64,000 nucleotides of DNA, taken from positions 140,688 through 204,687 of the forward strand of contig JBHLSH010000001.1 in assembly GCA_048881705.1 (NCBI GenBank). Reading direction: 5' to 3'. Under the pieces are notes generated by a model. It saw nothing but the letters and a program-made list of their open reading frames with translations, was not told where the DNA came from and did not search any database. The position numbers and the translations under genes are program-made. Below, in pieces: positions 25,836 through 36,006 of this stretch (the stretch's first letter is position 1; every line of letters begins with the position of its first letter). The DNA is from Candidatus Heimdallarchaeota archaeon (GTDB lineage: Archaea > Asgardarchaeota > Heimdallarchaeia > Hodarchaeales > Hodarchaeaceae).

Positions 25836-28253
25836 TTGATAGTAGGAGTTTTTTTCGCCGTGAATTCAGATTCAACACCTTCTGAGAAGGATTTTAAGAC
25901 CCAGAATCAACGATATATATCAGAAATGTTCGCTTCAGAAGTATATATGGGGCCTGATTGTTCCTGTCACATCGAGGATGTTCTCAAGAAAAAAAGTCAG
26001 CATATCATTGAAGTTCATGTAAACACGTTGGCACATACTGTCAATGTAAGGTATGATAGTCAGAATATTTCATCTAATGAAATAAAGAAAATCTTAGCAC
26101 AATGTGGGTATGAATGTTCCTCGATACCCCCTATGCATAAGATGAAAATGGGGCATCACCCTGCTGAACCTTCAAATCGAAAATCCATGGATCACGAAAT
26201 GGATCACAAAGAGATGACACACGAAGCGATGGCTCATAAAGGCATGGATCATGCGGGGAAGGATCCGTCCATGCACCATCGAATGATGGCCAAAGACATG
26301 CGAAACCGCTTTTTTATTACAGGAATCGTGACCATTCCCGTCCTATTGTTATCTCCCACAATTCAAGCCTGGCTTGGGGTGACCCTCCCGACATTCTTGG
26401 ATAATGAATTCTTCAACGAGCTGCTATTATTGTTATTCTCCAGTATTATTGTTTTTTATGGAGGTCTCCCTTTTTATCTAGGAGCCAAGAGATCGCTCAA
26501 GAATCGTCAGGCTGATATGATGGTATTGGTTTCCGTTGCAGTCATTGCTGCCTATCTGTATTCTCTTGGAACTACATTTCTCCCGTTCCTATCCGAAGCC
26601 CCAGATTTTTACTGGGAAATCTCTACTCTCGTAGTATTTCTTCTCTTTGGTCATTGGATGGAGATGAGAGCAGTTAGCGGCGCTTCGGGCGCATTATCCG
26701 AACTAGTTAAGCTCGTCCCCTCGCAGGCGAATATGGTACAAGGGGAGAATATTGTAGAAGTATCAACACAGACACTGAAAGTCGATGATATCATCTTAGT
26801 GAAGCCTGGAGAAAGTATTCCAACGGATGGCATGATTGTAGAAGGACACAGTTCGGTTAACGAATCTATGATCACGGGAGAGTCAGTACCTTTACCAAAA
26901 GGCGTAAACGATAATGTTATAGGGGGAACCATAAATGGACAAGGATCATTACGGGTGCAGGTAACAAAAATAGGTGCTGATACGACTCTTTCCCAAATTT
27001 CTCGAATGGTTCGCGATGCCCAAAGCTCTAAACCCCAGAGCCAAAAGCTTGCAGATCGGGCAGCTAATTATCTAACCATAGCAGCGTTGGGCGTGGGTTC
27101 TTTAACATTTATCTTTTGGTGGGTACTGATGGGGGCTGACCTAGCATTTGCTTTGACTCTAACAATTACAGTCATCGTGATTGCCTGCCCACATGCATTA
27201 GGATTAGCGATTCCGACTGTAACTTCAATCGCCACCAATTTGGCAGCTAAATCAGGAATGCTAATCAAGACAGGGAATACGTTTGAGGATGCACGAAATA
27301 TCGATACAATTGTATTTGACAAAACGGGAACCTTGACCTTAGGCGAATTTGGGGTATCTGACATTATTTTGACGGATGACTGGGATGAAAAAACCTTATT
27401 GATCAAAGCCGCCGCTTTAGAACAAAATTCCGAACACACCATTGCCCAGGGTATCGTTAAGAGGGCAGAACAGGAAGGCTTGTCTATCCCGAGGGTGTCC
27501 GATTTTCAAAGTATCACTGGAAAAGGAGCAACAGCTGAATTAGAGAACCAGAAACTTCATGTTGGCAATCCACGCTTAATGAAAGAGCTCCAAATAGAAC
27601 TAGGAGAATTTGAAGAAACGATAAACACCTTATCCGCCCAAGGTAAAACGGTTGTTTTGCTTGCATCCGAAAATCGTCTCAAGGGAATCATTGCATTAGC
27701 GGACATTATACGCAAGGAGTCATTTCAAGCAATTGAAGCTTTGCAACACATGGGAGTTAAGACTGCGATGTTTACAGGGGATAATGAGAGAGTCGCCAAG
27801 TATGTTGCTGACCAACTAGGACTAGATTATTATTTTGCGGAGTTATTGCCTGGCGATAAAGCAACAAAGGTCAAGGAACTCCAAAACCGAGGAATGTCGG
27901 TTGCTATGGTGGGTGATGGTGTTAATGATGCTCCAGCACTGACACAGGCGAATATTGGCATTGCAATTGGCGCGGGAACAGACGTGGCTGTGGAATCTGC
28001 CGATGTTGTTCTTATCAAGAATAATCCTTTAGACATAGCCAAATTAATATCCCTCAGTCAGGCAACAACCCGAAAAATGAAAGAAAACCTCGTTTGGGCA
28101 ACGGGATACAATACTCTAGCCATTCCCATTGCGGCAGGATTGTTAGCACCGCTAGGAATCTTTTTACGCCCCGAATGGGGCGCTCTGGCAATGGCCGCCA
28201 GCTCTATCATTGTTGTGCTCAACGCGCTCTTATTAAGGAGACAAAAGCTTTGA
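25836..28253 (+). CDS. copB: Copper-exporting P1B-3 ATPase (CopB type)
   Basis: TGES, CPHALGLAIP (CPH), DKTGTLT, SEH, TGDN, GDGVNDAPAL, GYN, MAASS, His/Met-rich N-terminus. True start is probably a little downstream of 25836. Confidence 0.92.
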   Translation: MIVGVFFAVNSDSTPSEKDFKTQNQRYISEMFASEVYMGPDCSCHIEDVLKKKSQHIIEVHVNTLAHTVNVRYDSQNISSNEIKKILAQCGYECSSIPPMHKMKMGHHPAEPSNRKSMDHEMDHKEMTHEAMAHKGMDHAGKDPSMHHRMMAKDMRNRFFITGIVTIPVLLLSPTIQAWLGVTLPTFLDNEFFNELLLLLFSSIIVFYGGLPFYLGAKRSLKNRQADMMVLVSVAVIAAYLYSLGTTFLPFLSEAPDFYWEISTLVVFLLFGHWMEMRAVSGASGALSELVKLVPSQANMVQGENIVEVSTQTLKVDDIILVKPGESIPTDGMIVEGHSSVNESMITGESVPLPKGVNDNVIGGTINGQGSLRVQVTKIGADTTLSQISRMVRDAQSSKPQSQKLADRAANYLTIAALGVGSLTFIFWWVLMGADLAFALTLTITVIVIACPHALGLAIPTVTSIATNLAAKSGMLIKTGNTFEDARNIDTIVFDKTGTLTLGEFGVSDIILTDDWDEKTLLIKAAALEQNSEHTIAQGIVKRAEQEGLSIPRVSDFQSITGKGATAELENQKLHVGNPRLMKELQIELGEFEETINTLSAQGKTVVLLASENRLKGIIALADIIRKESFQAIEALQHMGVKTAMFTGDNERVAKYVADQLGLDYYFAELLPGDKATKVKELQNRGMSVAMVGDGVNDAPALTQANIGIAIGAGTDVAVESADVVLIKNNPLDIAKLISLSQATTRKMKENLVWATGYNTLAIPIAAGLLAPLGIFLRPEWGALAMAASSIIVVLNALLLRRQKL

Positions 28254-28280
28254 TTCTTTGTTCTTTTCATCTAGAAATCA

Positions 28281-28913
28281 GTGTTAAATATGAACATAAA
28301 AGGTGTCCGAAGAAGATATGATTGGTATTCGACATTTTATGACAGATTTGAACAGCCAATGGAACAAATGGTCTTCAGAGACCTAAGGAGCCTTATCATT
28401 GGATCATTGAGGGGGAAAATACTTGAGGTGGGAGTAGGTACAGGGAAAAATATCCAGTATTATCAGTCACAGACTCAAGTTATAGGTGTGGATATTAGTC
28501 CTAATATGCTAAAGAAGGCCAAACAGAAGCTTTCTTCTTTTCACGGAAAAAGGATTGAGCTAAAACTGATGGATGTAGAGGAACTATCGTTCAAAGATGA
28601 AAATTTTAATATCGTTTTGTGTACCTTTGTTTTATGTTCTGTTCCTAATCCTACCAATGCAATTCAAGAGATGCTCCGTGTCTTAAAGCCTAGAGGCCAC
28701 TTAATCCTGATAGAACATGTGTTGAGCAAAATACCCCTCATTGCATATCTCCAAAAATTGGCTAATCCGTTTACGAGAGGGATTTTTGGTTTTAATATCG
28801 ATCGCGATACGCTTGAGATTCTAAAACAAGAGAAGGTACTAATTTCGAAAAATCAGAATTTGACCAAGACTGACATAATGAAGTTCTTTGTCTGTGAAAG
28901 GCTAGACCGCTAA
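28281..28913 (+). CDS. Class I SAM-dependent methyltransferase
   Basis: ILEVGVGTG, GVDISPNML, FVLCSVP, RVLKPRG...EH. Confidence 0.9.
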   Translation: MLNMNIKGVRRRYDWYSTFYDRFEQPMEQMVFRDLRSLIIGSLRGKILEVGVGTGKNIQYYQSQTQVIGVDISPNMLKKAKQKLSSFHGKRIELKLMDVEELSFKDENFNIVLCTFVLCSVPNPTNAIQEMLRVLKPRGHLILIEHVLSKIPLIAYLQKLANPFTRGIFGFNIDRDTLEILKQEKVLISKNQNLTKTDIMKFFVCERLDR

Positions 28914-28989
28914 ATTGTATATGGTAATCCGTGAAAAACTGATCAGAAACCAGGCTTTTTTTTCCTATCTATAGCTGTACCAGTGGAAT

Positions 28990-31347
28990 CTATCCACATT
29001 TAGAATATCCACAAACCCGACACAATACGCAGCCTTCACCATGTTCGACAATGTTGCCACAATCTGGACATTCAGGGCGTAACCCCGCAGTGCTGTGTGT
29101 GAGATATACCGCTTCATTTTGCTCCTTAGGCGTCAGTTGGGGTGTCGACTGTACTATGGTCGCTGGACTCTTGTGATTCCCGTTGGTACTGTATTGTGCA
29201 AGAAATCGTTCAACGGATTTAGCAACACCGTCTGCACACGAAAGAATTGGACCATCAGAACCAAATGTAGGACTAGGACAGCGGATTGATTTCAATTGTA
29301 GGACGATCTCTTCAGGTTCAATCCGGCTCCTTAAAGCAAGAGAGATCATTCGACCTAGAGCTTCGATATGTGAGGCAACACACCCCCCTGATTTTCCGAG
29401 GGATAAGAATACTTCTGTAAGCCCTTCTTCGTCTTCTTCGTTCATAGTGATAAAAAGATTGGTACCACATCCTACACGAAGCCGCTCAGTAATTCCTCGT
29501 GTAACATCGGGACGATAGCGTGGTTTCTTTTTAACGATTGACGGTGTTTCAATCGTAGGTGCGCTTTCGACGGTTTCACTTGCATTTGTTCCTTTTTTCG
29601 ATAGCACATCATAAGTGCGCGAGCCGGATCGATAAACGGTGATGCCCTTGCAACCCAGCTGATGTGCAAGTAAATAGGCTTCTTCTATTTCGGCTTCAGT
29701 GGCTGATTCAGGGAAATTTATGGTTTTACTAACCGCGCTATCTACGCCTGATGTTTGAAAAACAGCTTGCATTTTGACGTGCGCTTCAGGGGAAATATCA
29801 TGAGAAGTCACAAAAACCTCCCGTACGTCTTCGGGGATCTCATTGAGATTCGCAATAGAGCCTGTCTTTGCTACCTTGGCCATTAGGTCTGAAGAGTAGA
29901 ATCCCCGCCTTTTAGCGGTCTCTACAAAGAAAGGATAACCCTCAACAAGAATGTCGTCATCCAAAACTCGTCGTTCATATGTGAGCATAAATAATGGTTC
30001 AATTCCACTAGAGCATCCCGCAATTATAGAAAGGGTACCTGTGGGCGCTACAGTAGTTAAGGTGGCATTACGTAAGCCAGAATACTTGTCTGCAAAAATA
30101 CTTTTCTTAAAATTTGGGAATGATCCTCGTTCCTGCGCCAGCTGTTGGGATTCGCGAAGTGCGGCCGTGTGAATGAATCTCATCAGGCGCTTGCCAATAT
30201 CTCGACCCTCTTCTGAATCATACGGGATACCCAGTCTGATTAATAGATCTGCAAATCCCATAACCCCAAGGCCAATTTTACGGTTGGCACGTGTCATTTC
30301 ACCGATTTCATCCAATGGAAAAGTTGAAGCGTCAACTACATTATCAAGAAAGCGAACTGATAGAGAGACTGTCCGTCCGAGCTTTTCGAAATCTACCTGA
30401 TACTTGTCAGGATCCAGGGCATCTAGTTTAAGCATTTTCCCCAGATTAATTGAACCAAGATTACACGACTCCAAAGGGAGCAAGGGCTGTTCTCCGCAGG
30501 GATTAGTTGATTCAATGAGACCTATTTGGGGAGTAGGATTTGCCGCATTGATTTGATCAAGAAAAATGATTCCAGGTTCTCCCGTTGCATGCGCCATCCT
30601 CACAATCTTTTCAAACACATGACGGGCCTGCAACCGTACTACTTCTTGGTTATTTCGGGGATTGATCAATGAATAATCAGTATCGTTGCGAACAGCTTCC
30701 ATAAATTCTTCGGTAACACCGACTGATATATTGAAATTGTTTAGAGCTGTCAAATCAGTCTTACATTCAATAAAGTCAAGAATGTCAGGATGGTCTACTC
30801 GTAAGACACCCATATTCGCACCACGTCGGCGTCCTCCTTGTTTAATGATTTCTGTAGCCGAATTGAAAACCGTCATAAACGAAATGGGGCCACTAGCTAC
30901 TCCACCCGTGGTTTGGACTTTATCGTTCGCGGGACGAAGCCGCGAGAAGGAAAATCCAGTTCCTCCGCCAGATTTGTGAATGATAGCAGCATTCTTGATT
31001 GCATTAAATATGCTATCCATATCATCTTCAACTGGAAGTACAAAACAAGCCGAAAGTTGATTGATGGATGTCCCGGCGTTCATCAAGGTAGGGGAATTGG
31101 GAAGAAATTCCAATCTGGCCATCATATCATAAAATTGCTCTTCAGATTCCGCAGGATTTCCCCCATACTGGGCCTCCATTGCGGCAATTGCCCGCGCAAC
31201 TCGACGGAACAGTTGACCAGGAGTTTCAATAATTTCTCCTCGCTCATTTTGCAGGAGATAGCGTTTTTCGAGGACAATCTTGGCATTAGGTGTTAAAACA
31301 AGTTCTTCGTCTGGTTTTTTCTCTGTGGCGGTTGATACGGCAGTCAT
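28990..31347 (-). CDS. nrdJ: Class II (adenosylcobalamin-dependent) ribonucleotide reductase with fused TSCPD/zinc-ribbon C-terminus
   Basis: FLPNSPTLMNAG, SACFV, GGGTGFSFS, RRGANM, TNPCGEQ (thiyl Cys), ESCNLGS, VAPTGT, SKTINF, KGITVYR, IRC, CPDC...CRVCGYSKC. No intein seen. Confidence 0.95.
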   Translation of the reverse strand: MTAVSTATEKKPDEELVLTPNAKIVLEKRYLLQNERGEIIETPGQLFRRVARAIAAMEAQYGGNPAESEEQFYDMMARLEFLPNSPTLMNAGTSINQLSACFVLPVEDDMDSIFNAIKNAAIIHKSGGGTGFSFSRLRPANDKVQTTGGVASGPISFMTVFNSATEIIKQGGRRRGANMGVLRVDHPDILDFIECKTDLTALNNFNISVGVTEEFMEAVRNDTDYSLINPRNNQEVVRLQARHVFEKIVRMAHATGEPGIIFLDQINAANPTPQIGLIESTNPCGEQPLLPLESCNLGSINLGKMLKLDALDPDKYQVDFEKLGRTVSLSVRFLDNVVDASTFPLDEIGEMTRANRKIGLGVMGFADLLIRLGIPYDSEEGRDIGKRLMRFIHTAALRESQQLAQERGSFPNFKKSIFADKYSGLRNATLTTVAPTGTLSIIAGCSSGIEPLFMLTYERRVLDDDILVEGYPFFVETAKRRGFYSSDLMAKVAKTGSIANLNEIPEDVREVFVTSHDISPEAHVKMQAVFQTSGVDSAVSKTINFPESATEAEIEEAYLLAHQLGCKGITVYRSGSRTYDVLSKKGTNASETVESAPTIETPSIVKKKPRYRPDVTRGITERLRVGCGTNLFITMNEEDEEGLTEVFLSLGKSGGCVASHIEALGRMISLALRSRIEPEEIVLQLKSIRCPSPTFGSDGPILSCADGVAKSVERFLAQYSTNGNHKSPATIVQSTPQLTPKEQNEAVYLTHSTAGLRPECPDCGNIVEHGEGCVLCRVCGYSKCG

Positions 31348-32186
31348 GATTAGTCACTTTACTTGATGCCTTGAGGGCGGGATTTTGTCGGTTAAGAGGA
31401 TGAAGAGACCATACATCTCGGCCCCCTTAATTCGGAGGACGTCATCTCGTTATATCGAAAAGTTACTTCAAGACCCAATAATTAATCCTCTCACGAGAAG
31501 ATCTATCCCTTTTAGACAATACTTCATGGTATCATTACATTGTTTATTTAGGTTCTCCTGTGGGGTTCACAGTAATGGAAAAATCCGACAAAATCCATTA
31601 GATTCTTCAATAGTCCCCTAATAGCTAAATAGGAGCGAATTACCACCAAATCAAATCCTTGCAAATCGAGATAGTTCCATTATATTGTAACGCGAGCAAT
31701 CATCATACTTCCTACCTTTATCGTGCCAATGACCGGTGTGAAGATATTTATTGGAATCATCAGGTTTTTCTTAAATCTTTGAACATATCTTCGGATTGTT
31801 ACCAAAGGATACGGGATAATAGGGACGGGTGTTTCAAGAGTGTCTAGTTTTACACCCCTAGATTAGGAGAGTGGTATTAAAAGGATTCGTATCCGCTTTG
31901 TCAAATTATTATTTCGTATAACTCAAGTGAAATACTATTACAAACCGATTAGTCTTTTTCATGTGTCATTTGTAGGAGGAGATGAAATGGTTACTGGCTG
32001 TACCATAGATTTTCTCAGTAATCATCACAATAAAGCCTTAAAGAAAGAAGCAGATAATTTAGAAACTTGAAAACGATGTTTGAGTCGAATTCCCTCCGTT
32101 CAAACCATAAGAACCTCAACGAAGTAGGGGTCAAGTAAAAAACAACGCCTTTTTGATCCTGAGATATTTTTGGAAATAGCCCCTAC

Positions 32187-32253
32187 GTATTACTTCCGTA
32201 ATATGTCTTGGAAGATGTATTACTTCCGTAATATCCAGCGATGAACGTAATAT
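32187..32253. repeat. Tandem palindromic operator-like repeat TATTAC-TTCC-GTAATA x2 (30-bp period) plus a third half-site
   Basis: GTATTACTTCCGTAATAT at 32187-32204 and 32217-32234, and CGTAATAT at 32246-32253. Lies just upstream of an AT-rich TATA-like tract and the RHH gene. Confidence 0.75.
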
Positions 32254-32324
32254 GGTGATATTATATCTTATTTAAAAAAATAGAATGATGATGAAGGTCA
32301 GATCCTATTGGAGATGTAAATTAC

Positions 32325-32504
32325 ATGCGACTTATCACGGTCCACCTACCACCTGAGGCTGTACAAGGATTAGACGAACTAGTTCGCTCTGGTCGTTATC
32401 CGAATCGTAGTGAAGCCATCCGTTTTGCCATTCGGGATATGTTGAAAGATGAATTATGGAGTCTTCAGGGAACTCTGATATCTCACTCTCGGGACTCATT
32501 TTAG
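32325..32504 (+). CDS. Ribbon-helix-helix transcription regulator (CdrS/CopG-like), 59 aa; not in the ORF track
   Basis: Manual translation: MRLITVHLPPEAVQGLDELVRSGRYPNRSEAIRFAIRDMLKDELWSLQGTLISHSRDSF*. The G.YPNRSEAIR.AIR motif is the archaeal CdrS-type RHH signature. Confidence 0.9.
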   Translation: MRLITVHLPPEAVQGLDELVRSGRYPNRSEAIRFAIRDMLKDELWSLQGTLISHSRDSF

Positions 32505-32682
32505 CTGTGCTATAGTTCATCCCTCCTTCCTCTTTTTTTCATAGGAATTTGTTCCGATATCATGTTTTAGCTTTCTCAGCCAGACAGCATTTTTTAATCC
32601 GCACGATTTGAAAACAACAGATTGAATACCGAGACCATGACCCGTATGACTCCGTAAAACGAACACAGAAGTTGATAGCTAG

Positions 32683-33297
32683 GTGTTAAAACCAGTCAAA
32701 CGCTGGCGGATCGTAAAATCGAAGACCCCTATAATTGGAATTGATGACGGTGGATTTGATCGATTTGATCTCCACGAATATCTGGAGATCCCCGTGTTTG
32801 GTGTTATTATGAAGGGACGTGCCTATGTCGATGGTATCATACAATGCCAGATTCATCGGGACGATTCGGAGGCTACCTATAAGATCAGCGAAATGATTCT
32901 GAAGTCCTCTCATAAACCCCAGCTCCAGGCCATTTTTCTCCAGGGAATTACCGTTGGAGGATTTGGTGTAATTGACATTGATCAGCTATTTCGTCTCACG
33001 GAGATTCCAGTTGTTGTCCTCCTTCGGAAATATCCAGATTACCCTCGAATCAGGGAGGCCCTTGAGAGAACTTTTCCTGACGCAGAACAACGCTGGATAA
33101 GCATTAAACGCGCTGGAAACCCGATACAGATCCAAGAAGATCCGTTGATCCTTCTTCAAGTAGCTGGAATACATACAAAGGATGCGATGTTGTTGACCGA
33201 AAAGTGTACGACTATTGGAACAATTCCAGAAGCGTTACGAATTGCTCATTTCATTGGGGCCAGTATTTTTCGTCACGTAAGGAATAACGTGCAATAA
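32683..33297 (+). CDS. DUF99/UPF0215 family protein (endonuclease V-like fold)
   Basis: IIGIDDG, DGII, IFLQGITVGGFGVIDI, IPEALRIAHFIG. Confidence 0.85.
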   Translation: MLKPVKRWRIVKSKTPIIGIDDGGFDRFDLHEYLEIPVFGVIMKGRAYVDGIIQCQIHRDDSEATYKISEMILKSSHKPQLQAIFLQGITVGGFGVIDIDQLFRLTEIPVVVLLRKYPDYPRIREALERTFPDAEQRWISIKRAGNPIQIQEDPLILLQVAGIHTKDAMLLTEKCTTIGTIPEALRIAHFIGASIFRHVRNNVQ

Positions 33298-33317
33298 ATT
33301 GGCTGGACAAGCAGGAT

Positions 33318-34916
33318 TCACTTTCTATTGCTCGGGGGGTTAAATTCTTCATAGAGTAGAACAAGGGGTGCCAACATCCAGAATGCAGCTGCACCTGCAA
33401 CAAAAAGGCCGAAATTATGAGTTACTCCCAAGATCCCAATTAGGACTAAGATTCCACAGAAGAGAAGCGCAAGCAATGAATTCCGGACAACTCGAATCTC
33501 ACGATTCCAAACACTGCCTTCAGTTAGTGGAGTGTTCTTTAACAGAAGACCTTCCACCACTCCCGAGATTAAATAAAGAAACGTTCCTAAAGAGAATAAA
33601 TAAAAGGGAATCAGCTGGAGAAGTCGAATCACCAGATTTTGTTGTCGAGGTTCCCAAATTATGGCCAAGAAAGCAGTCACGGAATAGGAAATACCTACTA
33701 AACCAGGCAATAGATATCCCAAATGAAATTGGAAAAAGAATGGCCGGATAAAGGGCATATCGAACAAAACCAAAAGCGCAAGCAATGAGATCAACAGGAC
33801 AATACTAATTCCAGAGAAAAAGGCCATTGCATTGAGTATGAGTTCCAGTTTTTTGGGCCAGCTCAGGTGTGGTGATTTAAACAATTCTCGAAACCGAAGC
33901 CGAAGGAGACTACATGCTCCATGGGCCCAACGCCATAATTGAATGATCTGTCCCTTCGCAGACTCGGGAACCAGACCACGAGATCCTACCACGTTGAGAA
34001 AACGGCCCGTGTAGCCTTGAGCTAGAATTTTCATAGACGTATCAATATCCTCGATCAGGGTTTCTTCCGAAAATCCGTTAACCGCTAATAAGGCATCCCG
34101 ACGAAAACAACCTGTGGTTCCATTGAACAAAGCCACGCCCCGAGGGTCTTTCGCCGCTTCAAACACTTCAAAGAATTGAGAATAAAGAATCGAGTTTGCA
34201 GCCTGATAAACCTTCGTCAAATTTCTGTAAGATACTTTAGTTTGAATGTAACCTATATTTTCGTCTCCCATGACTTCTGCAAACAGTGCCAGAAGATCGG
34301 GAACTGGAATATGATCTGAGTCCAGGATTACAACTAGATCCCCATGCGTTTTGTCAAGTACCACATTTATATTCCCCGCCTTAAACCCCCGTGAATCTGG
34401 TTTCCAATGAAACGGAATTTGATGTTCCTGACAAAACTCACGTAATTGATCCGTAACTTTCGGATCTACTCCGTTGTCACTTACAATTATCTCATAGTCA
34501 TCGTACTTTAAGGCAAGGGTTCCAAGGAGAGTCTCTTTCAATATTGGGAATGGAGTCCCATGAGATGGAACGACGATACTAAACGAAGGGTGGTACGAGG
34601 TAACTGTCGGGGGGAATGGGGGTTGAGATCTAAACTTGAAGGCTCCAGAAATCATATAAAGGAGGTAGAACGCAAAAAGGTAACCAAATGCTTCAATGGC
34701 TAGGAGGAGGAGATTTAAAACAATGCCAAAATAGTCAGGATATGTTAAGATCTCTTTAAAACTGAAAGCTAGGTAAAGTGGGATAAAGCCCAAGACCAGA
34801 AGGGATATCCCTAGGGTAATCCATGAAATAATACGGTTTATCCATAAAATAAGCAAGATTTTCAGCCTGCTGAGAAATATCAAAAATTTAGCTTGCCAGC
34901 CAAGAAATCCGCCCAA
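33318..34916 (-). CDS. Processive GT2 glycosyltransferase (cellulose-synthase-like), multi-pass membrane protein
   Basis: GFKAGNIN, LDSDH (DxD), YIQT, FNGT, EDIDT, QLWRW (QxxRW), with N- and C-terminal TM helices. Start is uncertain (37-bp overlap with the upstream gene). Confidence 0.88.
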   Translation of the reverse strand: MGGFLGWQAKFLIFLSRLKILLILWINRIISWITLGISLLVLGFIPLYLAFSFKEILTYPDYFGIVLNLLLLAIEAFGYLFAFYLLYMISGAFKFRSQPPFPPTVTSYHPSFSIVVPSHGTPFPILKETLLGTLALKYDDYEIIVSDNGVDPKVTDQLREFCQEHQIPFHWKPDSRGFKAGNINVVLDKTHGDLVVILDSDHIPVPDLLALFAEVMGDENIGYIQTKVSYRNLTKVYQAANSILYSQFFEVFEAAKDPRGVALFNGTTGCFRRDALLAVNGFSEETLIEDIDTSMKILAQGYTGRFLNVVGSRGLVPESAKGQIIQLWRWAHGACSLLRLRFRELFKSPHLSWPKKLELILNAMAFFSGISIVLLISLLALLVLFDMPFIRPFFFQFHLGYLLPGLVGISYSVTAFLAIIWEPRQQNLVIRLLQLIPFYLFSLGTFLYLISGVVEGLLLKNTPLTEGSVWNREIRVVRNSLLALLFCGILVLIGILGVTHNFGLFVAGAAAFWMLAPLVLLYEEFNPPSNRK

Positions 34917-35743
34917 CCTTTGGTATACTTTTCTAGAGAATTAATATGGTTCCAATAGACTGGAGTATCGGGGACATATCCATATAGAACTCCATCTCCG
35001 GCCATGGCCGGGAATACATCTTTTTCTAAGGAAGAAACCTCTTTTTCAATATAGGAAAATACCTCGGGCTCAAATACATAGATTCCAGCGTTAATTAGTG
35101 TATAGTTCTTCTTCCCACCCGCAACAAATCGAATTACCTGTTCATCTTCATCTCCAATCTCAACTTGGCCGCCTTGTTCTGTTTTCAGGATAAACATGGA
35201 ACCAACTCCACCCTTATCGACGATCACACGATGAAATTTTACCAATTCCGTCAAATTACAATTGGTGACCAAATCACCATTCATTACAAGAAAAGTGGTT
35301 TGAAACTTAGATTTGTGCTGGGCCTTCACGTTTAGCAGCGCACCAGCAGTATCAAGAGGTTTATCTTCAATTACATAGCGCATGATGACTTCGGGGATTG
35401 TATGTTCCGAAAATTGAGTGCGAATATGTTCCCGAAGATAACCTACTGCCAGGAAAATGTCAGTTAACGCGTGTTTCCGCAATAAATCAATTGAATACTC
35501 TATTATGGGCTTATAACCTATTGGTAGCATCACGGGAGGTGTAGCAATTGAAAATGGTCGAAACCCAGTCCCTTTCCCTCCGCATAAGATGATGGCTTTC
35601 ACCGTATAGGCTTCTAAAGCAACTGTAAGGGCTTGGATGATAAACTGTTTGATGTTACCGTGTCCTGCAACATCAACGAGGTTTGCCCACAAACTTTGAT
35701 CGAACTCAATCGTGTACTTATGTGTAGGTGTACGTTGACTCAT
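34880..35743 (-). CDS. Sugar-phosphate nucleotidyltransferase-like protein with N-terminal RHH-like extension
   Basis: KAIILCGGKGT, LPIGYKPII, EDKPLDTAGAL, VMNGDL, INAGIYVF, SLEKDVFP. About 45 extra N-terminal residues (strand-helix-helix). Confidence 0.85.
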   Translation of the reverse strand: MSQRTPTHKYTIEFDQSLWANLVDVAGHGNIKQFIIQALTVALEAYTVKAIILCGGKGTGFRPFSIATPPVMLPIGYKPIIEYSIDLLRKHALTDIFLAVGYLREHIRTQFSEHTIPEVIMRYVIEDKPLDTAGALLNVKAQHKSKFQTTFLVMNGDLVTNCNLTELVKFHRVIVDKGGVGSMFILKTEQGGQVEIGDEDEQVIRFVAGGKKNYTLINAGIYVFEPEVFSYIEKEVSSLEKDVFPAMAGDGVLYGYVPDTPVYWNHINSLEKYTKGWADFLAGKLNF

Positions 35744-36006
35744 TTTTCTTGACTCATTTTTCTGAAGAGTTGTGGAAAATATTCAACAAATGCGTTAGGA
35801 TGAGGAAGCAGCCATCTTTGCGGCTTCGGATCTCTAAGGGCAGTATCTTAATACAAGTCGGACTCCAGTCTATTTTACGTATTAAAATGTTGTGTGGAAA
35901 GGAGGAAAGGTACACAGATAAGTGAATGAAAAACTCACATGTCCTGGTGTTTAACGGAGAGAGTGCGAAAGAGCAAAATTTTGCCTTTCGTACGTTTGGT
36001 ACATAA

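Noticed and set aside
28990-31347. Intein or group I/II intron in nrdJ, a common insertion hotspot
   Set aside because: The length (785 aa) and motif spacing are continuous, with no splice-junction or LAGLIDADG motifs.
32187-32253. Mini-CRISPR interpretation of the 18-bp repeats
   Set aside because: The repeats are too short, the 12-bp spacer is too small, there are only two full copies and no cas genes. An operator fits better.
32335-32520. Minus-strand 61-aa ORF in the track
   Set aside because: Antisense to the clear RHH gene at 32325-32504.
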